Assembly: GCA_011620275.1 (NCBI GenBank) | Contig: WOZK01000030.1 | Coordinates: forward strand, 70,242-134,241 | From: Candidatus Omnitrophota bacterium | GTDB taxonomy: Bacteria; Omnitrophota; Gorgyraeia; Gygaellales; Profunditerraquicolaceae | Direction: 5' to 3' | Length of the DNA: 64,000 nucleotides | Part shown: positions 31,164 through 43,100 of the stretch, in pieces | Position numbering within the stretch: the stretch's first letter is position 1 | How the letters are laid out: each line of letters begins with the position of its first letter | The notes under the pieces: generated by a model | Databases searched by the model: none | The model's input: the letters and a program-made list of their open reading frames with translations, nothing else | What the model was told of the DNA's origin: nothing | Translations under genes and position numbers: made by a program

Positions 31164-34100
31164 TCACAGATAAATATCCGTCATATTGCAAACCCCAGAC
31201 AAACCGATACTTATGAAACTTAATGAAGGCAGTGAAAAAGACATCCCCTGCGTATAGAAAGTGGAACCATTCTCCTCGCCGCGAAAGACTGCGTTGTATT
31301 GTTCAACAGGCCTCCATCCTTGCGCAGAATCCATCCCAGGTTCAAGAAAGCGCGCTGCGTCTTCATCGAATATCCCTACCGCGTCCCTTTCGCTGCACCC
31401 TCCGTCCAACGGGTTAAAAACCTCGGCTAAAACAGCCGGCGTTCTCTTCGGATCAAAATCTTTAATAAGCTCATCATTGCCATTTCTTAACGCTCGGATA
31501 AGCTCTTTATCTACGAATTGCCGGCCAAGAATATACACAACCATCCCGTCGATATCTTTTAATTCCCCTATTTTCCCTTGAGCCTCCATCAACTCGATCA
31601 AAAAGATAAATCCGAGCATCGATTGCGGTTCTCTCCGCGTGCGCAAACGGGTAAAAATATTGATTATCGAAAACATCCTGTCCGCCATATAATACAGGCA
31701 GACAACGTTTTGTATCAAAACAGGTCTGATACAATTCAAAAGAAGCAACCGGATCATACCGATAAACGCCTCCGGCTGGTTGTATCCGGCGCGCTCTGAG
31801 AGATAGAGAAAATCTTTTATTATCCCCTCTTTCTCGGTTTCAGCGAGACTGAATTTACGGGCTATTTTTCCGGCAGCCGCATAATTATCAGGTGATAATG
31901 AAGAAAGGATATTACGCCTGTGGCCGGGATAATCATGCTTAAAAGTGTCGATAGTGCTGTATAATGAAACGGCAATGGAATTTTTTTCTTCGGGAACCGG
32001 CCGATTTTCCGCAAGCACCGCTCCGTCACGATATACAACGGAATTAACCGGCACATAGCGCAGAAAACTCAAATAATCCAGTAAAGTCCTGCCTTTGTTG
32101 TCTCCGGAAAGCGCCTCTTCCGGTAATATTATATGCACCGGCCTGTGCTTATTGAATACGGCATAAACGATAAAGATCCCATAGGCCTTAAATATACAAT
32201 CAAATAATTCTCCTCCTGTCAAAAAGACGGTTATGGGCGTTTCAGCGAAACGCGGACATAATCTATCGGCGGAGCCCCGTATCGCATCGACATCCGTATG
32301 ATAGATAATCCGGGGAATTCTCATACATTCGATTACGCAACCCCAGTCTTTTCCCCACACGTCAAGAGCAGCTATCAATTCATCTTCCGCCGCACGGTGT
32401 GATTCTTTATAATCTGCAACGGTAAATACGCCTATTACCCCTCTTCGCCCGCTTCCTCCATCTGCCACAACCGTGCCGCCGTTAACAACCCGTGCCTTTA
32501 TCATTTCCACGTAAGGCGCAATATCGTTAAGTATCACATCCCCTTGATCGCATTCTCCGCCGTCGCCCTTTTGCCCTTGCCCTTTTTCCGCAAGATTGAA
32601 ACCGGGATGCGTTTTCCTCATCTCAAACGCAACGGTTATGCCGAATTCCCGGGCGATAAAATCTACGTACGGCATGGAGGGTTTTTCCCCCGAATAACTA
32701 AATTTTTTCTTAGCCATAGACACTAATATCTGCCTGTCTAAAACAAGCTTCCCCTTCCTTTTTTCCAAGATTCCTTTCCCACTCCAGAACACGCTTAAAA
32801 TCTTACCGGGAGTGTAGCGGGAATTTGTAAAAACCGATACCGGGATCAGCCTCTTCAGGTATTTCTCATCAAATACAAAAGGCCCTTTTTCCCATTGTTC
32901 CCGTATAATCCTCATTAAAACCGGAATCACATAGTTTTGAGTCGCGGGGAAACTCATGGCTGTATTTTTTGTCAAATCAGGCAAACAATAATAGGTAAAC
33001 ATATCTTTTCCCAGTATTCCGCGCCGCTTTAAAAAATCCTCGAAATTTTTATCAAAAACCCGTAATCCCCATTCACCTACGGAAGAGGTGATCATTCCGG
33101 CGTTAAGCTTATTCAGTTTGTTTTTAATAAAATCGTATTTGCCTTTGGACTTACGGCTGATCTTAAGATATTCCATAACCATTCCCGAAGAAAAAGGATA
33201 TCCCAATTCACCGGATTTTATTCCCGCCAGGATTTCAAGTAAGAAATCCAGCGACCCTCCCGGCAAAACAGACAACTCTTCCCAGAATTTATTTTCAATG
33301 CCCCAAAACCGGCCGTTCTCTATTTCCACAACCGGTATCTTATCCATGCCTTTTAATTCTTCGTATAATCTTATGTCGGCCCGCATCCGGAGCAATTGGC
33401 CATACGTACCGTCAAGCAGGGATTGGTGAAATCTACCGGTAGAAACATATTCGCATAACAGCATTTTATCCGCCTCCAATTGCTTGACTATTTCTGCAAC
33501 TGTTTTCATATCCTCCGCACAACCAAAATGCGAGAGCACATCTTCCCGGGTAAAATCCATCTCCAGGAACATTCCGCATTTTCCCGGGATAATAACCGCG
33601 CTCTGTTCGGCTATCCAGCGTATTACGCTTTCCCGGCATACCGATCCTTTTAAATATGCTTCATCTTCCATTAATTCCCACTCTTTCAATAATTCCCCGA
33701 TAATCCTGATCGTTTTTCCGGACACTTGCCTTGCCGAAAAGTAATTTTTATCCTCCGCGCGCACCGCCGCCAGCATCTCACGCATACGCACGGGAGATCC
33801 GCCGGTTATTTCGAAAATTCTTTTCAAAACATGGGATTCCCGGGCGGATAACGGATGAGACTTTATGCCCGCGATAGTCAACCTTCTCCCGGCATTTTTC
33901 TCTTTAAAGAACTTCATAAAACCGATCAAACGGTTAAACCCGCCGGACCCGCCGGATAAAATCATAGTTTGAAATTTATCCGTAACGGAATACCTCTTTT
34001 CTACAACCCCGCTCCGCTCAAGATTCTCCGCTATCGCCGACACCGCGCTTCGGTCGGCGGGAGTGCGGTTTCCCGGAACAAATTGTTCAAGAATATCTTC

Positions 34101-37100
34101 GATGGTAAATACAGACCTTAACAAAACTTCTGTACCGCCCGAAATTACCACACTGCTTCGCATAACCATCCATTCGATTAAATTCTCTTCACTCAACTCC
34201 TTCTTTGACCGCTCATCAACGGCATCATCCGTAAAACCTCCGGTAACCGCGAATCCGCCGTCACGCTGTCTGACCGCGCGGCTATAATCAATCTGATCGC
34301 ACAGTAATGAATACCGGTCCGATTTTAGAAACAGCAAGAGAGGCTCCTGTCCGCCTTCAGCTCTTATTTCCAGCACAACCGGCCGCGGCCGGTAAAGCGC
34401 CTGAATATCCAACCCGGTAAAATGAATAAGCCAAATATACGCATCGTAACGGTCTGCCATCCTTTTAATGATCCGTGGATACATATCGAGCCCCCGGCAT
34501 ATACGATGCCGCCGGCTTTCTTCGTCCCGGGCTTCTTTTATAAAACGCGTATCAAAGCCGAACTGACTGGTTATCCCGTTGCCTAAACGCGGGACCCTGA
34601 ACCTTCGCAAGGCCCTGTTCCCTCCTTCAGTAAGAACCGGCCTGTATTTATGTATGAAATCTCCCACTCGCGCATCGAAAGAAGAATCTTCCAGGGGGAC
34701 ATCAAGCCCGACCGCTTCTGCCAGATATTCTTTGATGCCCGGATATAATTCCTCGTACCGTTCTTGGGTAATCCCTGCGGCTTGATTAACCGCTTTCCAG
34801 TACCAGAGGAACACCCAATCGGTAATAGTCTTTTGTATATTGATCAAAGCGTTCAACAGCCGCGTGTGATAGGCATGGTCGAAATCGAAAGTAAGCCCAA
34901 AATGCGGATAGACGCGCAATTTCCGCACCAGGGTATCGAGATACAGGGGGAAAGACAAATAAAGATTACTTTGCGCGGAGGCCCCGCACACCGGGCCTTC
35001 AATGAGGATCTTGACGTCCTTACTCACAGACGGATGGTTGTAGATTCGGTGAAACGCCAGCAGCTTATCATCGAAGGACGAATACAACTCGCCCCTTAAT
35101 TCATAAAGCACCACTCCCGCGGGTTTTTCTCTCTGTATGGAAGCAAGAAAAACAGCCAGTTCCCGGCAATAGGATATGTATACGGCAATTTCTTCCGCTG
35201 GAAGCGAAGTTATACTATTAGGAGAATGCACGGAGACACACTCCATGCCGAAATCCTGCCTGATCCCGGCCAAAAGCATCTTCATATTCTCCAGATCATC
35301 AAGCTCCGAAAGAGTTCCTATAAATAATTCGAAAGTGCGAAAATCCAGCCTCCAAAGCCTGCGCGCCTGCTCCAGATTGGCATCCAACGCGCATTTACCG
35401 CTGAATACTACACCTAATTGTCCGGTCCCGCCGTCCTTGTCCTTTTCTTCCCATCCCGCCTTTTCTTCCACCGCTCTTTTATCCCTTTTCCAGGAAACGG
35501 TTTTATATAGCGCATACGCCGCCGCTCCCACGGCCAGTAATATATATTCACATTCCAACATATGTTCACTCCATACCCCGAGATCCTTCACCGCGGAATT
35601 AAGGCTGTAAACCATCAGCAGATATAAATAGCCGTATCCGAACGCCTCTATGGCTCTGTAATATATCTTCTGCCGTTTCTTCTCAATTTCTTCCGGTTCC
35701 CAATTCTTTACCAGCTCCAGCACAAAATACGTAATGACCATACCGGCCGATAAAGCGGCAACCGTCAAGTATGCCCCGTATAATTGCAGAGATACAAAGG
35801 TATTGACCAACAACGCCGGGCCGGAGATCAAAGGAAACGCCAACGGCATAATCCAATAAGGAATACGAGTGAATGCGCAGGGAATGGGAATCTGCGGAGT
35901 GATGTATATGAACAGCAATGTTACGCTTACGATTTTCAGCATTCCCAACGCGGAAGGACTGACAGCCGCTCCGGTATATCCTATAAAGACGTAGAATCCC
36001 CCTATCAAAACCGAAACAAGCAGCGCTCGCCGCACTCCTTCTGTTTTCTGGCCGGCATTCAAGTTCAATCCGCCGGGGCCGGTAATGGCCATAAAAGAGG
36101 CGAGTAACCCGGGATAACTTATAGCCAGGATGTAACCGGCCAGCACGACCACGAAATCCGCCGCATAATCCGCGCCGATAACGGCGAAATAGGGTAAAAA
36201 AGGCGCCCCCGCTATAAACGCCGGAATAAAAAACCCCGTTGCGTGTATCCAGGCCCAGCGCGCGCGAATGCTCACTCTTCCCGCGTACGCGCGCCAGTAC
36301 AGCCTGTCCTTCCAGCCGCCGTCAAGATGTTCTTTCCCGTCCGCATTGGGAATAGGGCCGTTATCTATTAAGAAATGGACGCCGGCTGATGGTAAAGAAT
36401 TTAGCTCGGGCTTAAGGACAGGCGCATTTCTATATACCTTTACCGAAAAAGCAGGCAGCACCATACGCCCATGTTCCCCTGCCCATATTACTTCACTTGT
36501 CGAACCGCATCCCCGAGAAGTAAACCCCGTTAGAGAACTTCGTCCTCTAACGGTTTGCTCTGACGGTGGCATTAAACTACCGTCAGATTGGGAATCGGAA
36601 GACCACCTACTAAAGTCGGTGGCTTTCTCTAACGGGGTAAACATGCCGACACTCTGCAACTCTTCATTCGCATAATCGGTAATTTGGCGATCCGTCGACC
36701 TGATCCGGCTTATATCTACGCACACAATCCGATCCCCGACTTTTCTGTATGCTTCCACCATCGGCAACGTCCAGACGATAATCAACCCGTCTTCTTTAAC
36801 AATCCGCCCAAGCAAGTCAGCAACGTATTTTTTAATATCAAAGTCCCCGGACAAATCCAGCCAGCCGAGGCCTTTTAAGACTAAATAATCGGGCTTCTCA
36901 TCGGTCAAATATCCATTCTCTTTTAATCGCGCCAGTTTTTCTTTAATAACTCCAACTTCTCTCGCATCAACCGCTATATTGATGAATGAATCGAAACAAC
37001 GGATACGTTCATCTCCAGAATTATATTCGCTGTCGAACAGTCCGGAAATACCATTCCTCACGGCCCCTACAGTTTGAGATGCCGCGTCCTTCATTGTCTC

Positions 37101-40100
37101 CGGAGTGATATCATTCCCCCGGGTATCTTCATCGAGATTGACGCTGATAATTATTCCCGTATATGCTTTTTTTCTTGTCGTCAATGCCGCGAAGGGAACA
37201 AAATCGCCTCCGGCCAGAAGATAAATCCCGGTTTTCTTTTCTAAACCGAATTCTGCCACGACTCTTTCCCACAAATATAAATATTGGGTCCAAGCATCTT
37301 TTTTTGTTGGCCGGGCATTTCCGCCGTCCGTATAGTCAGACTCATCTTCCACGGCTGACGCAAGTCCTTCTGCCAGCATTAAGGCATGTTTCTTAATCTC
37401 GCCCTCCGGTAAATGCGGAAGAGTCGTTATGACTTCGTCCTGAAAACCTTTACGGGCAAAGTGATATGTTTCTTCGGGAACCCCCTCGATAGAAGCGGCA
37501 TTGAGGTCCTGGATCATATTAGGAAAGAAATTTTCGAGGAAGTAACCTCCGGTAACTAAATCCAGATACAACTTGGGCGCAGCCAAAAACTCATATCTCA
37601 GCAGGGAGAAAATCTTCAGCCAATGATAAGATGTCCTTCCTATTTCCAGCGCGTAGGGAATAATCTCCGCGGTCTCATTACCGGCTGTGCCGCGGCACAA
37701 CTCGCTCATAATTTTGGCCTGGACATACGGCCACGAATTCAAAGCTGTGAACTCATCACGGCGCATATCCGCCTCCGGCCACTGTCTGCACAAAAGCTGT
37801 TGAAGCGCGGCGTCTGCCGCGTCACTGCCTGTCTGCTCGCCGAACGGCAGTTGTCCATCCGAATCAATCCTTCGACGCAATTCATAACAATGACCGGGCC
37901 TGAAAACGGCTCCGTGTATATCCACCAATATCCGGACATTCCCTGCCGTATTTAGACCAAACGCTGCCGCTGCAGGCTGAATACCGGGTCCGCCGCGAGC
38001 GGTCCAATAATCCGGAATTATTGTTTTATCCGAGAACAAAACTTCTCCCCGGACATTTTCTCTCCGCACATTGCTGTCGGTTACCGACAAGGTTTGAATG
38101 ATCCGATGCAGACTCAAGAAAGGCATATTCACGATAAGCTTACCCTCATACATTACCGCGGACTGCCTGAACATAAGTAACCTGTCTGATTCCAGAGGTT
38201 TTTTCTGCAGAAGCGCGAGAAATCGCGGCATATCGAATGTGCTACCTGCGCGCTTTTCCTGAACGCCGGATTCATTCAATAACGCGAAAATTTCGCGGAA
38301 CATCTCCCGGAACTCATCCCAAATATCCGAAGAAACAGTCAATATTTCTTCCGGGCCGGAAACAGCCGAACGTACTTCCTGATCAATCCGCGCGTTAATA
38401 CGCCGTGTCTCGTGCAGAATATCCTCGATTCCACGAAGCGAATCATCACTTCCACCGTCTTTTTCATCCGGATGCATCGCCATCCAGAAATCGACGAACA
38501 AGTGTTTCCGTAGATGATCAATGGTATGGGGATTGCTAATACGCAAATATGAAAGGAGGAATACGGCAGTGCCGACGGGCAGTGCGGAAGCTCTGCTTCT
38601 CGGGGGGCCGGTTTTACTCTCTAGGTAAAGTCCGAATAAGGCCACGGCTAAAATACCGGTTTTGTTCCGCAGGGCACTCCCGGCAGCAATATAATCTTTC
38701 AATTTCTCGAACTCAGCCGCTGATTCAGGCCGGCTCTCTCGGACGAAACGCGAAAAATCATCCGCGCTCAAACCTCCCGGATTCCCCTGGGGGATAACCG
38801 CGTCTATTCTGCGCGCGCATTCCTCAACAGCCCCGCCGTCTGAAGCCGAATCTTCCTTCACTTTTTTTTCTTCCTTTTCCATTGAATTCACATTCCTGAT
38901 CCGTTCGGAATCTTTTAAAACACTCCTCTTTATTCCTTCATATAACACTTCCCGCAGCCGTTTAACGATTGCGTCTATGAAAGGCGCATTACCATATATA
39001 TCCATAGCCCGCTCGGGATAACCGCTTAATCCCGTTTTAACATTTCTGTTGCCTCCGTCGCCGAAAGTTCTCTTTTCTTCATCCCCGATAAACGGATAGT
39101 CCCACTCTTGCACAAGTGAGCTGTTTATACGCTCTACAATAATACTTCCGGACAAATCAACATTGACTTTCAGCAAACCGTTCAACGCGAAACTAAAATA
39201 TCCCCGGTCTTCATTGCAAAACACAGGGTCTTCATAAACCGCAGATATCACATCATGCAAAAAGCCGGCGTATGTTTCTTGCTGTTGCTCCGATGTACGC
39301 GAAGAAATATGCTCGAGAGATTCGAGAAACCGCTCTCTCTGATAAGAAGCTGCGGGCTTATATCCTTTCTCCTGCAGCTCCGCTTTCACCAGATTATCCG
39401 CACGTAATAGGACGACCAACAGTGTATTGATTATATACTCCAGATCTTCCAGGTCCCTGATGTCCACCGCGGAAAGTCGATTATGTAACACCTCATATAA
39501 TCCACGCGGAATCACCACGGTTACTTCTCTACTCATATCCGGCGTATATCCCTCCTGAAGATTTTCAAGATAGAACCTCCTCTTTGTAAGTATCCGCCAC
39601 AAGCCTTCGTGCTGCTGAAATTCCGCTATGATATTCTCCCAATAGGGATAAACGAAAATTGAAAGATCGCCTCTATAGGAAAGGCCTGTAAGTATAGGAA
39701 AAAACACAATGAGACCTATGGCCATTTCTAAAGGCGTTCCCAACCGGATCAAATATAACCCTATAATCGAATGCATGAACGAAGGCAGAAGAACGGCAAA
39801 CATATCTTTGGCAAGATTTTCCGCGGGCAAACCGCATGTTGACATAATATGATAACAAGAAGCCTGTGCTTGGAGTCCAAGCAAATCATCCTTCTTCCTT
39901 TGGGGAACCGTTGAACTGCGTACAAGTGTTTCAAAATCACCGCGAAATATGAGTTTTTCACCGGCGGGATCAATAAAAAATACGTTCCACCATTCTTCAT
40001 CCCCCGCTATTTCCAAAACCTTTGCTCTATCGACAGCGAGCAAAGCATTCCTGGATTTGAACAGGGATGGGAATAACCTCTCCAATGCCCCTCCTCCCTC

Positions 40101-43100
40101 ATAGCGCGATACGACAATCCGCAGCCGCCTTTGGCCAAATAGTGTCCCGGCGCAATAATGAATAATCTCATGCCCTATACCTATGCCCCAGAATAAAGGT
40201 ATTGCGGCCGCAAGAAACAGCATGACCGATCCCCCTAATCCCAGGCCCCAATGAGCGCTCAGAGAAAAACCCGGTAGCAAACCGGATACGAACCATCCCC
40301 CCGCAATAATCGCAAAAAGCGCCAACCGGGAATAATTGAATGATATCTGCCGCGCGCCCGCGAAATAAAACTTGCGCATAAAGTGATGTGGCCTGGAAAT
40401 CGCTCTATCCCCCGGGTTATCGGCATACGGCCTGCCGCCGTCGCCGTTCTGTGCGCGAGGATATCCTTTCAGCGAGGACATTATATGGTTTGCCAATGTT
40501 TTGCGTTCCCAGAAATTTGGGCTTCTACGGTCGGCTTGCTCATGTTTCAGAATCACCGGCAGAACAATCCGGATATTCTTGCCCGTCGGATCGACATCCA
40601 GAGATCCCATACCGAACTTAAAAAACAGGTAAGTATATTTATTTGTTGGTCTGCTATCTACGGGCTTGCCCGCCGCGTAAGCATCAGCGAGACAAGTTTC
40701 GCCATGGAAGCTTTCGGCGGCGAGGCTCGCGGCTATATTCAGGCGTATATAATCAAGCGGATGCGCTAAAATATGCTCAAGAGCCTCGCCGTCTCCACGG
40801 CTTATCCCGATCAAATCATCGATGATTTCTCTTTTGGAGTCGTCCGAAATACGCGAGAAGATTTCTTCTCCTGAACACCATTGGATCTTATAGTGTGTCG
40901 ACGCCTCACCCCATTTCTCGCTGTATTTTTTTATCCGGCTCAGATAAACAAAGAACCTGCCTACTATTTCTTCTCTGCCGCTGAGAAACAATACTCTCGT
41001 CTGATCGTCATCCCCGCCTTCAGGGCCTAAGCTATCAAAAAACATCAATTCCTTGAATAACGCATCCCCACCCCATTCCTCGTCATTCCACTGCTCTTCA
41101 AGCCAGTTCTCCAGCTCTTGAAGGATAGACGAATAGTTAATAGGGAAATCCCCGTCACACAAATATTCACCCTCATTGATAATCCTGTTTTTCCCTCCGT
41201 CCGGATTATTAAGCCGCCGCTCTTCGCGTCCCACGCCAGACATCCCCCCGGACTTTTCTGCCACCATTGTCAGGATACGCGCAAGCTTTGCCGCCTGCTC
41301 GCTATCACCTTTCTCTATCAATTCCAGGATCCGCTTTTCAAATCTTTTGGCAATAAATCTTATGTCATCGTCCGGCAAAGAATAGAATTCCCCGAATCTG
41401 CAAATAGCGTCTAAAATAACGGTGTTATCCGAACCCAGCAGGAACGGAAATAGCGCCCGTACTTCCCTCCCCTCCAGATAAAGCAGATCGCGCGGCCTGC
41501 GGTCCTGCATGATCAGCAGGCTTACTTCATGGGATAGATCATTCACTCTTATCCAGGTGTCCTCAGCAGGTTCACGCCGCAGTTCTATAAGAGAATCTAT
41601 AAGTTCAAGGAACAATCCGGACAATTTCTGCTCCCATTCAGCCCCGCCGTCAAACAATTCCTCTGCCCTTTCCAGACGCGCCGTCTTTAGCGCCCTTATT
41701 ACCGTCTCGGCCTCCCCGGCTATCGCCGATATTTCATTGTCGAAGTAGAGCTCATCCGCCTGTCCGCAGGAAGCCGCGGCTCTTTCTATGGAATCAACTC
41801 CCTGCGGACGCAGAAGCTCCATTTTGAGAATAAGACCTATCTTCTTCTCCCAAGATAGGCCTGCTGTCGAACCAAGAAACCGGCGACATTTCATCCGCCC
41901 CTGCGGCGCTCTCAAAGGTGTGTTGCCTTCGAGTAGATCATACACGTCTTTTTCATACGCTTCCGCGGAAACGCTTAAAAGATCATAGGTGAACTGTTCC
42001 AACGCCCCCTCCCCGAATTCTTCCGCCGATCTACGGTTGAATCTGCTGTACGGCGTCATCAAATGCTCTCCCTGTTTGCGCAAGAGGATACCGCGAAGTT
42101 CATAGTCGCGTCCCCATGCGGAATAGATCGCTATCTTCGGCGGCCAATCCACCCAGGAAACATGCCCGGATATGAAAGAAGCAAAGGAACCAAGATAACT
42201 GTCCGCGGCGATATGCCTGGAATTTATGCCGTCAAGGTAGTATTCATATGAAAACCGGCTGCGGGAAGAAATCAGATGAACGATATGGGCGTTCTGCAGC
42301 GGCAATGTCTGTAAAAGACTATGAATTTCAGCGACGCAGAAAGAAGAGTCGTCGATATAATACAATGCGGGCGGGGCGCGCGAAGAATACAACTCTGCGG
42401 CCAGCATTTTCGCCTTCTTCCCTTCGCCATAACCGCAGAAACGGATATTTCCCTCCGGAATATCAATGCCGGCGCTCTTTAATACCGCGAGAGTCCCCGC
42501 TTTCGTGCTTTCATCACGGCCGGTCAGAACGACAATTCTCAAGCCAAGGCGTTCAGCCGTCTTTAGAAGATGATCCGCCCCTTCCGTCATCCGGTAAATA
42601 CCCAGGCGCACTCCCAATCTCTCTACATCAGTATATTCTTTCATGGCTACGCTTTTGAGCCAATCCACCTGTTCCTGCATCCAGATCCCGAACTCTTCCG
42701 GCTCTTTGATCTCCCCGGAGCTGTATATATTGTTCTGTATGCTGTCCTTGATCATATAATACCGCCTGCGTATAAAATCCGACGAAGGGTAATCCAGTGT
42801 CGTCCGGAGCAAAGTGTCGTCCAGGTCCACGATAAGCACCCCGCCGCTTACAGCAGTCCTCTCCATATTGCCGGCCGCTTCAAAAAGGCTCCCGGTGGAA
42901 AAACTAACCGGGCCTGCCCCCCCGTCATTTTCGCACGAGCGAATACTTGGCCTTCCGATAGGCCAAGGTAAAATCCGACACTCCGCGGAATAATCTGCTC
43001 CGCGTTTTTGCGCGTAGGCCGGCAGATTATTTATGCTCCTTAGATAACCGATCATACCGGAAAGAATAGCGGCCTCCCTGGTGTCGTAGTTTTCTAACGT

